From a virus: 64,000 bases of DNA. Below, piece by piece: positions 1 through 8,332 of the stretch (the stretch's first letter is position 1; each line of letters opens with the position of its first letter). The stretch covers positions 23,319-87,318 of IMG/VR virus record IMGVR_UViG_3300027985_000627, one strand, 5' to 3'. The translations under genes were made by a program, and so were the position numbers. A model generated the notes under the pieces. That model did no database searches. It was not told where the DNA came from and saw nothing but the letters and a program-made list of their open reading frames with translations.

Positions 1-32
1 GCGGCTCCCACGGCGTTGGAAGCGGTGACGAA

Positions 33-377
33 GTGAGCAATAAACAGATTTGTTCTACGATGGGGAGGGTGAAGCTGGCAATATTGAAGAAGCGTATAAG
101 CAGTGGCGCACACTCCGAGATGGAGGGGAGAATGCATAAATGTGCTATATGTCACGCAGGGGGTGGGGTAGCTAATTGGTATAGGTATGGTAATGGGTAT
201 GCACACGGGGGCTGTATCGCGCGTAAGATTGTTAAAGCTGAGTTGGTTGTAGAAGCGGCCCGCAAAGTAGCGGAACAGCATCACCTGCCCGTGCAGGACT
301 ATGACAGTGATGCGGTTGACAGGATGATTGTCGCTATTGCCGCATATGACGGCAAGGATGGTAGTGATGACTCCTGA
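33..377 (+). CDS. hypothetical protein (CxxC...HxxC; true start may be downstream at 132)
   Basis: ORF in a tightly packed + strand gene run; GGAGGGGAG precedes ATG 132. Confidence 0.55.
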   Translation: MSNKQICSTMGRVKLAILKKRISSGAHSEMEGRMHKCAICHAGGGVANWYRYGNGYAHGGCIARKIVKAELVVEAARKVAEQHHLPVQDYDSDAVDRMIVAIAAYDGKDGSDDS

Positions 378-537
378 ATCATTGGTTCAGTTTGGTCAAA
401 TGCTATGGAGTTGGGTCTTCGCCGTATCTTACATATCGCTTCCACTTATGGCGGCATTTTGGGTTATCGCGCTCATCATTGCGCTACTATGGTTTGGGGT
501 TAATGTGGCCAAGAGACTTGTTGGAGGTAAACAATGA
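367..537 (+). CDS. small membrane protein
   Basis: Long hydrophobic stretch; ATGA overlap with the next gene. Confidence 0.55.
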   Translation: MTPESLVQFGQMLWSWVFAVSYISLPLMAAFWVIALIIALLWFGVNVAKRLVGGKQ

Positions 538-896
538 GCAAGATTGATATGGAATGGGAAAAAATTGGAGAAGTAGGCGTAGATTCTGGAATGATACTGA
601 TAACCGACCCACACTACATAAAAACACAATGGGAACCTGGGGAGCCGGACCCTACAATAGACCTGAACCGGCTGCGTTTTGAATCTGTACCGCCGCAACT
701 GCTGGGTTACGACGGATGCAGAAAGCTCGCGTTGTCTCGTGATGGTGGAGGACAACTCATCTACAGGGAAGGCCATGCTGGTGCGGGTGTAGTTGTCAAG
801 TCTGGAGACAGTGACGGTGTGTTCGGAGTGTATGTAAAACGTAAAGACGACCTGATTGTAGCTGTCAAAGTTGAATTGGTAATTACCAATAAATAA
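534..896 (+). CDS. hypothetical protein, DUF4241-like
   Basis: GGAGG RBS; IGxVGVDSG...DP and SGDSDGxFxVY motifs. Confidence 0.6.
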   Translation: MSKIDMEWEKIGEVGVDSGMILITDPHYIKTQWEPGEPDPTIDLNRLRFESVPPQLLGYDGCRKLALSRDGGGQLIYREGHAGAGVVVKSGDSDGVFGVYVKRKDDLIVAVKVELVITNK

Positions 897-917
897 AAAG
901 AAAACGGTGGTTCTTTT

Positions 918-1313
918 ATGGATGCTATCGTAGCAGTAGATGATAAAGACACCGAATTCGTTAAGAAAACACAGAGTTATCAAACAAAAGGATGTTGCGC
1001 GATGGTATCACCGATAAAGAGCAATTCCGAAACAAACCCCTGGTTTGATGAGGTTGCTAGACCCCAAGAAACCAACTCCGCTCTTGAGAAAGAGCGTGAC
1101 GCGCTGGTCGAGAAGTTCAAGTGTCACGAGACAGCAGTGAGGAAGTTGGTTCGTGAATTTAACAAACTGGAGGTTCAACGGCCATGTCCATATTGTTTTG
1201 GGGTGAATCGTATCGTCGGTTACATGTCTGTATTTGAGCATGATGATACATGCGAATGGTACATTTTTACAAAAGCCCTCGCTGCTTTAGAGGCACTGTA
1301 TGAAACGACTTAG
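918..1313 (+). CDS. hypothetical protein with CPxC...H..xC Zn motif
   Basis: ORF; coiled coil followed by CPYC...HDDTC. Confidence 0.55.
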   Translation: MDAIVAVDDKDTEFVKKTQSYQTKGCCAMVSPIKSNSETNPWFDEVARPQETNSALEKERDALVEKFKCHETAVRKLVREFNKLEVQRPCPYCFGVNRIVGYMSVFEHDDTCEWYIFTKALAALEALYETT

Positions 1314-1390
1314 ACAATGTTTTTTGGAAAATCTTTGGCATTTTCAATGTTCGACTTAATGGTTCGTGGAGCAAAGGGAGGAGAATAGTC

Positions 1391-1603
1391 ATGAGAAAGG
1401 TCATTCTTATCATTGTGTTGTTGGCTATGTTTGGAACTTCCGGTTGTCGTTACTGGCAAGCTATGTACGCTTTGAACGCCAGCATGATGGCGATGTCTCT
1501 GGTTCAACGGCAGCAAATGATTAACGCTTATCGGTCAAGTCTTCATAAGCCGAAGAAAGTCATAGTTGAAATTCACGATTATCGTCTGAACAAAGGAGAC
1601 TGA
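1391..1603 (+). CDS. putative small lipoprotein
   Basis: GGAGGAG RBS; MRK + hydrophobic core + TSG-C lipobox-like site. Confidence 0.55.
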   Translation: MRKVILIIVLLAMFGTSGCRYWQAMYALNASMMAMSLVQRQQMINAYRSSLHKPKKVIVEIHDYRLNKGD

Positions 1604-1604
1604 C

Positions 1605-1715
1605 ATGACATTCTTGACTTGGATGGACTACACTGCTATGGTTTCCCTTTCTTTATCCATACTCTTATTCGGATATTTGATTTATTCTTGTATCAAAGAT
1701 GGAAGCTGCACGTAA
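1605..1715 (+). CDS. 36-aa single-TM peptide
   Basis: AGGAG RBS; MTFLTWMDYTAMVSLSLSILLFGYLIYSCIKDGSCT. Confidence 0.4.
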   Translation: MTFLTWMDYTAMVSLSLSILLFGYLIYSCIKDGSCT

Positions 1716-1771
1716 ATACTTCATGGAATCTCTGGATAACATTGATAATCTGCAAATAAAAAGGAGCCAAT

Positions 1772-1969
1772 ATGTCTGCTAAAGCTAAATCCGCTGAAAC
1801 TGACAACGAGTTTGAAAAGCAATTCACTTGCAAAGCTGGTATCGCTGGTCGCAAGCGCGGACTTACTGGACAAAGGTTAATTGATTTTATTAACAATCAT
1901 CGGAAGGACCCTGCTGGTCATCGTGGTCGTCGCTTCTACCAATCCTCCACCTCCATCTTGGAGAAATAA
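1772..1969 (+). CDS. small basic hypothetical protein
   Basis: AAGGAG RBS; abuts the queD start. Confidence 0.55.
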   Translation: MSAKAKSAETDNEFEKQFTCKAGIAGRKRGLTGQRLIDFINNHRKDPAGHRGRRFYQSSTSILEK

Positions 1970-1970
1970 A

Positions 1971-2360
1971 GTGCTTACAGTAACCAAACGGTTTCATTTC
2001 TGCTACGGGCACCATTTGCCTGGTCATCAAGGTAAGTGCAAAAACTTTCATGGACACAACTGTATATTGGAAGTTACCGTGTACAAGAAAGGGTCTTCCA
2101 AAAAATCTAGCGAAGAAGAGTTTTATTTGGATCAAGCTATGGTTATGGATTTCGGTGATCTTAAAAAAGTTGTAAATCCGTTGATCGAGAAACTTGATCA
2201 CCAAAATATTAATGAGGTTCTGCCTGAAAAGTACCTTCCCTCCACCGCAGAAAACATGTGTTTGTGGTTTTTGGATATGTTGGTGAAAGAGGGTATCGGT
2301 GTCGATAAAATTCGAATTTACGAAACCCCAGATAACTGGGCTACGTGGAGTAGTCGATGA
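1971..2360 (+). CDS. queD: 6-carboxy-5,6,7,8-tetrahydropterin synthase
   Basis: GHHL...CKNFHGHN (CxxxHGH), MDFGDLK, LDH, STAEN, YETP motifs; GTG start at 1971. Confidence 0.93.
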   Translation: MLTVTKRFHFCYGHHLPGHQGKCKNFHGHNCILEVTVYKKGSSKKSSEEEFYLDQAMVMDFGDLKKVVNPLIEKLDHQNINEVLPEKYLPSTAENMCLWFLDMLVKEGIGVDKIRIYETPDNWATWSSR

Positions 2361-3016
2361 TCGTAAATGAAATTTTTCGATCCATTGACGGGGAAGCCAA
2401 CTTCTACGGTCAAGGGATTCTCACTACGTTTATCCGACTTCAAGGATGTAACGTTCGGTGTGCTTTTTGCGACACCATGTATTCTCAGGGACCGTATGAT
2501 AAAGATGGCACGTCCATGTCTATCAACGAGATTTACGAAAAGGTTTGCAAACTCGGAAATGACAAGGTTACCATCACTGGTGGCGAGCCTTTGTTTCAGT
2601 TGGACGATGCAGCCACTTTAGCTCGGAAACTTTTGAGAAGTGGGACGAAAGTAACAATTGAAACAAACGGAACGATCATGATTCCGAAAATCGGAAACGT
2701 TGGTTGGGTCGTTGATTTCAAGTTGCCTTCTTCTGGTGTGACTGATAAAATGTGTATGGAAATTTTTCCTGAACTGGGAGAAAAGGACATTATTAAGTTT
2801 GTAATTTCTGACAAATCGGACTTTGACAAAGCCATGCATGTTATTGCTAGCGGTGCTTTGGGAATTACCAAACCCAGAAACAAAAGGCCTAGGTTTGCAT
2901 TCTCTCCCATTCTGCATCGTTTGGAACCAGTCAAATTGTTGAATTGGATGATGATGGCTGATTTGCAGGATTCGTTTCTAAGTGTTCAGGTACACAAACT
3001 TTTGAGCGTCAAATAA
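2357..3016 (+). CDS. queE: 7-carboxy-7-deazaguanine synthase (radical SAM)
   Basis: EIFxSIDGE, FIRLxGCNVRCAFCDT, ITGGEP, IETNG, QVHK. Confidence 0.93.
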   Translation: MIVNEIFRSIDGEANFYGQGILTTFIRLQGCNVRCAFCDTMYSQGPYDKDGTSMSINEIYEKVCKLGNDKVTITGGEPLFQLDDAATLARKLLRSGTKVTIETNGTIMIPKIGNVGWVVDFKLPSSGVTDKMCMEIFPELGEKDIIKFVISDKSDFDKAMHVIASGALGITKPRNKRPRFAFSPILHRLEPVKLLNWMMMADLQDSFLSVQVHKLLSVK

Positions 3017-3091
3017 TTTTCACGGAAATATGGCTAAGGTTCGATATCATAAGAACGAAAAACAATTTAACCACCCTTTGGAGGGAATGTC

Positions 3092-3709
3092 ATGAGCGAT
3101 GGAATCAACATGAAGGAACTGAAGCAGGCCGTCACCGAACTTAACGAAGCTGGTGTTCTCGACAAGAAAATCAAGATTGTCGGCGTTGGCAAGGATGATC
3201 TGGCTGCCGCGTTTGAGGAAGCTGTCAACGGTCTGGACGATGAGAAGGCTGAAAAGCTGACCGCTTTCACCATTGATTTCTTCAACAACAACTTCGGTGA
3301 GGATGAGAATACCGAAGAAGGCGGCGTCGAAGCTTCGGATGAAGAAGAAACTGACGGTGAGGAATCTGAAGGTGAGGAAGAGCCGGAAGAAGAATCTGAG
3401 CCGGAAGAAGAAGAAAAGCCGAAGAAGGCTGCGAAGAAAGAAAAGGCCAAGAAGGCTCCCAAGGAAAAGAAAGAGAAGAAGTCGAAGGAGCCGGTCGAGA
3501 AGTCTCGTTACGGACACACTGTCGGCTCTCAAGCGGCCTTGATTGACGACGCTATTTTTGAAGGCGGCACGATGCAGGAGATGATGGAAGCTACTGGTCT
3601 GTCTAAGGCTCGCATCAAATCCCATATTTACCATCTTGAAAAGAAGAAAGGCATTGTCATCAAGACCACCGGCGAAGGTGACAAAACGGTTTTCAAAGCC
3701 AAGAAGTAA
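3092..3709 (+). CDS. acidic/Lys-rich protein with C-terminal winged-HTH (DUF3489-like)
   Basis: GGAGG RBS; E-rich then K-rich linker; SQAALID...GGTMQEMMEATGLSKARIKSHIYHL. Confidence 0.7.
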   Translation: MSDGINMKELKQAVTELNEAGVLDKKIKIVGVGKDDLAAAFEEAVNGLDDEKAEKLTAFTIDFFNNNFGEDENTEEGGVEASDEEETDGEESEGEEEPEEESEPEEEEKPKKAAKKEKAKKAPKEKKEKKSKEPVEKSRYGHTVGSQAALIDDAIFEGGTMQEMMEATGLSKARIKSHIYHLEKKKGIVIKTTGEGDKTVFKAKK

Positions 3710-3733
3710 CACCAAGTCACATTGAAATGTCAT

Positions 3734-3760
3734 AGGGGAGGGTAACACCTCCCCTTTTTT
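3734..3760 (+). terminator. intrinsic terminator
   Basis: AGGGGAGG-gtaaca-CCTCCCCT followed by a T-tract. Confidence 0.75.
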
Positions 3761-3769
3761 GGAGGAATT

Positions 3770-4345
3770 ATGGACCTTAATAAAATGGCTGAGGGTTTCA
3801 GAACCCTCATGGAAGCTTCTGACCTTGATTTGAATGATCCCAATTTTTGCGGCACTCCTATGCGAGTGGCCAGAATGTTCGAAAACTTCTTTGAAGGAAC
3901 AAAACCTGAAGCCGAAGAAGAAATAGAAAAATACCTTTCTGTAACATTCCCTGCTGAATACAAAGAGCTTATCACGTTCCTCAATATATCTTGTTGGAGC
4001 ATGTGCCCGCATCATTTTCTTCCTGTGAAGTACAACGTGTCTGTCGGTTATATTCCGAATGAAAGCGTTCTCGGTGCTTCGAAGATTCCTCGGCTTGTGA
4101 TCTTGCTTGGAAAAAGACCTGTTCTTCAAGAACAGTTTACGAAGGACATAACGTCTTATATAAATAGATTTGCTAAACCTGCTGGCGTCATTGCTGTGGT
4201 TGAAGGGCGCCACATGTGTATGCAATCACGTGGTGTTAAGACAACTGCAACGATGAACACAGCCTCTTTGTCTGGATGTTTTGAAACACAGCATGAGACT
4301 AGAAAAGAGTTTTATGACCTTATAGCAAGGGGTTCCACGTTATGA
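3770..4345 (+). CDS. folE: GTP cyclohydrolase I
   Basis: TPxRVA, SMCPHHFLP, GASKIPR, LQE, HMCMxxRG motifs. Confidence 0.95.
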   Translation: MDLNKMAEGFRTLMEASDLDLNDPNFCGTPMRVARMFENFFEGTKPEAEEEIEKYLSVTFPAEYKELITFLNISCWSMCPHHFLPVKYNVSVGYIPNESVLGASKIPRLVILLGKRPVLQEQFTKDITSYINRFAKPAGVIAVVEGRHMCMQSRGVKTTATMNTASLSGCFETQHETRKEFYDLIARGSTL

Positions 4346-4692
4346 GCAAAGAAAGAGTATTCGTCATCGTCAAGAGTGCTTTCGAAGCGGTACATAGCTG
4401 GCCCGAGTGTCCTATAGACGAGGTAGCTTTTCTCAGACACCCTCACAGACATATCTTTCATGTAACCGTGAAAATCGAAGTTTCCCACGATGACCGAGAC
4501 GTTGAGTTCATTGTCTTCAAACGCAAGGTAAACGAATACTTGGAAGCTTTCTATTCTGGTAAAGACATCGGAAGGGAGTCTTGCGAAATGATAGCCAAAG
4601 AAATCATTTCCTACTTTTCGGAAAAGTATTCTATCCATTCTGTTTCAGTGTTCGAAGACAACGAAAACGGAGCGGAGGTGGTTTGTGGCTAA
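4342..4692 (+). CDS. second QueD-like T-fold protein, DpdL-like (putative CDG decarboxylase)
   Basis: FEAxHxWP, LRHPHRHIF (LxxxHRHxF), RDVEFI, SCEMIA, VFEDxENGA; sits in the deazaguanine cluster. Confidence 0.75.
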   Translation: MSKERVFVIVKSAFEAVHSWPECPIDEVAFLRHPHRHIFHVTVKIEVSHDDRDVEFIVFKRKVNEYLEAFYSGKDIGRESCEMIAKEIISYFSEKYSIHSVSVFEDNENGAEVVCG

Positions 4693-5710
4693 GATATTCA
4701 ACGTCCCCATTGAGCCGTTGGACGCCCGTTACTCCACCCAATGGTTGGATTGGTTTTCTCAAGCTTTCATTTATCATGAAATCGAATACCAGCATGTAAT
4801 AGGAAAACCTCTGACCAATGAAATTGAAGACGGTGCTTTCCTAGATATCTGCGGTACCAACTACTACAAAGCTTCCCAGTTGATGGTTCTCATTGACCTG
4901 ATTAAGAATCGTGAAATACGAGATAACGATGTTGTCTTCTTTCACGATATTTGGTTTCCTGGTCTGGAAATGTTGCAGTACATTCGTGACGGACTAAAAT
5001 TGAATTTCAAGATTTACGGCTGCCTCCACAGCGGAACTTACGATCCTACGGACTACATTTCTCTTCTTGGTATGTCTCGTTGGGGAAGGGAACTTGAAGA
5101 ATCTTGGTTCAAGATTGTTGACGGTATATTCGTCGCTACGGATTTCCATCGAAATCTTCTCATAAATAATCGGAAAGTTGATTGGAAAAAAATACACGTT
5201 ACGGGCTTCCCTTTGAAAGCCCCGGATATCTGCGACGTGAAAAAGATGGAGCCGAAGCAGAAACGGGTTGTTTTTCCCCATCGTTTGAACGCAGAAAAGC
5301 ATCCTGAAAAGTTTGATGAAATGCGATTTAAATGGCCTTTGGGTCAAGATTGGGTTTTCTCGAAGACTCAGGATAAGAAGATGGACAAAAGAACGTACTA
5401 CAAATTCTTGTCTGATTCTTCGGTCGTCGTCTCTTTCTCAGATCATGAGAACTGGGGAATATCAATGATCGAGGGCGTTATGCTCGGATGTGTCCCTTTT
5501 GTTCCCAATCGTTGCAGCTACCCTGAATTATACCCGAAAATGTTCGTGTACGAAAATGAAGATGATTTGTACGGCAGACTTATTCCGAATTACCTTAAAA
5601 ATGAAAGTGATTACAAAGTCTACACCTACGCTTTAGCCGAACGTTTCAAACTGAAGTTTCACCCTATGAACGTGTTGCAAAACATGCTACCCATCATGTT
5701 TGGAAGGTGA
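4685..5710 (+). CDS. GT-B (GT4-like) glycosyltransferase
   Basis: FPHRLxxEK and HENWGISMIEG...GCVPFVPNRCSYPE nucleotide-sugar binding signature. Confidence 0.85.
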   Translation: MAKIFNVPIEPLDARYSTQWLDWFSQAFIYHEIEYQHVIGKPLTNEIEDGAFLDICGTNYYKASQLMVLIDLIKNREIRDNDVVFFHDIWFPGLEMLQYIRDGLKLNFKIYGCLHSGTYDPTDYISLLGMSRWGRELEESWFKIVDGIFVATDFHRNLLINNRKVDWKKIHVTGFPLKAPDICDVKKMEPKQKRVVFPHRLNAEKHPEKFDEMRFKWPLGQDWVFSKTQDKKMDKRTYYKFLSDSSVVVSFSDHENWGISMIEGVMLGCVPFVPNRCSYPELYPKMFVYENEDDLYGRLIPNYLKNESDYKVYTYALAERFKLKFHPMNVLQNMLPIMFGR

Positions 5711-5713
5711 TAC

Positions 5714-6613
5714 GTGTCTAAGAAAGAAATTACCATGTTCTTGGACTCCGGAGCATACTCGGCTATGACTAAAGGGGCTGAGATTGATCTGGACGAATAC
5801 ATTGCTTTCATCAAAGAGAATGGTCATTATTTCGACGCCTACGCTTGCCTTGACGTTATCGGTGATCCCAAAGCGAGTTGGGAAAACCAGATGTACATGG
5901 TGAGCAAAGGTCTTTGTCCTGTTCCTGTTTACCACTTGAACGACCGTGACCTTTCATACCTGAAAGCTATGGTTGACGAGTTCCCTTACATAGGTATCGG
6001 TGGTATGGCTGGAACGGAAGAGACAGGATTCTCGTTGACTTGGGAACAGGTTGTAGAACTTCTGGATCACCTTTGGTCTGATTACATTTGCGACAAAGAC
6101 GGTTTACCGAAAGTCAAAGTTCACGGGTTCGGTATGACTCGTCCTACAATCATGCGTCGGTATCCGTGGTACTCTGTGGATTCTACTTCTTGGGCCATCT
6201 ATTCAAAGTACGGCATTGTACTATTTCCTAGAAAGAAAAACGGACAATACGTCTATGACAAAGAAGTTTGGAAGATTAAAGTATCCAGCGTGTCTCCTGG
6301 TAAGAAAGATGAAGGAGAACACATTGAAAACGTTACCGATACAGAACGAAAAGTCCTTCTCGACTACATCAAAGAGAAGGGTTTTAAACTTGGAGCGTCT
6401 GAATTCAAAGATGTTGAAGTAGGTTACAAACTCAAAGAGAACGAGCGGTTTAATGGCAAAGGCAAAACCCGAGTGGAAGTCCTTGTAGAAACTGGTTTGG
6501 TCAATTCTGGTGAACTGCGAGATCGTTTAAACTTCATCTACTACATGGATTTTCTCGCTACAATTCCTAAGTGGCCGTGGTCATTTAAAACCAGAAGACG
6601 TTTTATATTTTGA
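5714..6613 (+). CDS. dpdA: DpdA-like (TGT-fold) 7-deazaguanine DNA transglycosylase
   Basis: FLDSGAYS, LDVIG, PVYH, IGIGG, VHGFGMT, PWYSVDSTSW motifs; adjacent to folE/queD/queE. Confidence 0.8.
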   Translation: MSKKEITMFLDSGAYSAMTKGAEIDLDEYIAFIKENGHYFDAYACLDVIGDPKASWENQMYMVSKGLCPVPVYHLNDRDLSYLKAMVDEFPYIGIGGMAGTEETGFSLTWEQVVELLDHLWSDYICDKDGLPKVKVHGFGMTRPTIMRRYPWYSVDSTSWAIYSKYGIVLFPRKKNGQYVYDKEVWKIKVSSVSPGKKDEGEHIENVTDTERKVLLDYIKEKGFKLGASEFKDVEVGYKLKENERFNGKGKTRVEVLVETGLVNSGELRDRLNFIYYMDFLATIPKWPWSFKTRRRFIF

Positions 6614-6620
6614 GGTCGCT

Positions 6621-7139
6621 ATGAAACAGCAAATGTTTGTTATCAATGGTCGTGGTGGAAGTGGAAAAGATACGTTTGTTGGTTTTTGCCGAATTCACGG
6701 ATTAAAGTACAATGCTGGTGTCATGAACATATCAACCGTTGATCGGGTAAAAATGGCTGCGGAACTCTTAGGTTGGGATGGATCCAAAGACTATAAGAAT
6801 AGGAAGTTTCTCAGTGATTTGAAAGATATTTCAACAGCTATGTTTGATGGGCCTTTCAACTACATAGAGGCTCGTTGGGAATCAGCTTTAAAATTCAAAA
6901 ATAACATGGCTATGTTTGTGCATTGCAGAGAACCGCAAGAGATCGACAGGCTTGTGAAGTCGTTCAAAGCACAGACGGTTCTTGTTGAACGAAACGGAAT
7001 AGGTGAGTACGGCAATCATGCCGACGACAACGTGAACAATTTTGCTTACGACCACTACATCGAAAATCACGGTATTCTTATAGACCTCAATGTGAAAGCT
7101 GGTTTATTCATGAAAAACGCTTTTTCGGAGCTTGAATAG
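6621..7139 (+). CDS. P-loop (deoxy)nucleoside monophosphate kinase-like protein
   Basis: INGRGGSGKDT Walker A; VKxxAxxLGWDG; CREPxE. Confidence 0.7.
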   Translation: MKQQMFVINGRGGSGKDTFVGFCRIHGLKYNAGVMNISTVDRVKMAAELLGWDGSKDYKNRKFLSDLKDISTAMFDGPFNYIEARWESALKFKNNMAMFVHCREPQEIDRLVKSFKAQTVLVERNGIGEYGNHADDNVNNFAYDHYIENHGILIDLNVKAGLFMKNAFSELE

Positions 7140-7140
7140 A

Positions 7141-7377
7141 ATGATAATCTACTTTGCAGGAAACTTTCCGCAGTTGTCGTCCTTTAAAAGGGAAGGAGAA
7201 ATGCGTGACTTCTGCTTTGACAGGTACGACAACTACTATCGGTTGACTTCATTTTATTTCAGGAAAGAGACTGACGTTATATTACGTTTGAAAAAAGGAG
7301 ATCAAGATGCTGAAGAGCGAACTCGAAAAAGTCCTGCTGGCAGTAAAGCCCGGATTAGCAAAAAGAAAAGTCGATGA
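7141..7377 (+). CDS. small protein resembling the N-terminal segment of DpdA/TGT-like enzymes
   Basis: GGAG RBS; MIIYFAG...YRLTSFYF. Confidence 0.45.
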   Translation: MIIYFAGNFPQLSSFKREGEMRDFCFDRYDNYYRLTSFYFRKETDVILRLKKGDQDAEERTRKSPAGSKARISKKKSR

Positions 7378-8332
7378 AGACTCGGCTAAATTTCTCTTCA
7401 CCGATGATTACGTGGCTACTTGCAGTGGTAATCTTTTCGTGTATTATCCTAAAGGGTTTGGTGTGAACTGCCTCGTTGATAGCTCCGACATGCTTTCGAC
7501 TGTCAAAGCCATCAGTGAAAACGAAATCAAGATGGAAGTGAAGAAAGATAAACTCCACATTTCATCGAAGACTACCAAAGCCAAACTCAACGCATACATA
7601 GGCGACAACACTATCACCAAATTCATCAACAAGATGGATGTTTCTACTCTGGATTTCGAAGAGCTTCCCAAAGGGTTCAAAACCGGATTCGAACTGTGTT
7701 CGTTTTCGTACATGAAGACGGATTGCACGAATCGGTTTTACAATGTGTTTTGTGACGGCGACTGTATTTTTTCTACGGACACGTATAGGGTCAGTATCTA
7801 CGAACTCCCTGAAGAGGACAAGTCATTGTCCTTCGCGATACCAGGGCCCCAGAGCGAAGTTTTACGCGATTACGACATTGTGGGTTACTGTCTTCTCGAA
7901 AACTGGCTGGTGCTAGAAACCGCTGATGGGGCAATCATAGGAACCACGTTGTCGAAGGCTGAACCTTTCGATTGGGAAAAATCATTTGAGGACTTCGACG
8001 AAGACGAAGCTTCTAACATTCGTATTCCGAAAGAAGTCAAAGACGCTGTGGATTCTATCAGCTTCATGACTGATATCGACGTTAAGAAAGATCAGGTCGT
8101 TGAAGTTGAATTGACTGAAGGGTTTCTCACTCTCAGGATGAAAAAAGAAAGTGGCACTATCGAAAAGACCGTTGAAGTGAAATATAAAGGTCAGGACGTT
8201 AAGTTCTCTATGGTGCCTGAATTCTTTTCCCAAATACTTTCTCATGCGACTGTAGCCAAGATCGGTAAAAGTTCCGCTATTTTCAAATCTCACGGTTTCA
8301 CCCACAATATGCTTCTTCCTATGGAGGAATAA
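7307..8332 (+). CDS. DNA polymerase sliding clamp (DnaN/beta-clamp-like)
   Basis: 341 aa; three-domain pattern, STDTYR motif, LLP terminus; immediately before the polymerase. Confidence 0.7.
   Translation: MLKSELEKVLLAVKPGLAKRKVDEDSAKFLFTDDYVATCSGNLFVYYPKGFGVNCLVDSSDMLSTVKAISENEIKMEVKKDKLHISSKTTKAKLNAYIGDNTITKFINKMDVSTLDFEELPKGFKTGFELCSFSYMKTDCTNRFYNVFCDGDCIFSTDTYRVSIYELPEEDKSLSFAIPGPQSEVLRDYDIVGYCLLENWLVLETADGAIIGTTLSKAEPFDWEKSFEDFDEDEASNIRIPKEVKDAVDSISFMTDIDVKKDQVVEVELTEGFLTLRMKKESGTIEKTVEVKYKGQDVKFSMVPEFFSQILSHATVAKIGKSSAIFKSHGFTHNMLLPMEE

Noticed and set aside
5714-6613. Canonical tRNA-guanine transglycosylase (tgt) for queuosine tRNA modification
   Set aside because: Lacks the C-terminal CxCxxC...H zinc site of bacterial Tgt; phage replication context favours a DNA-acting DpdA
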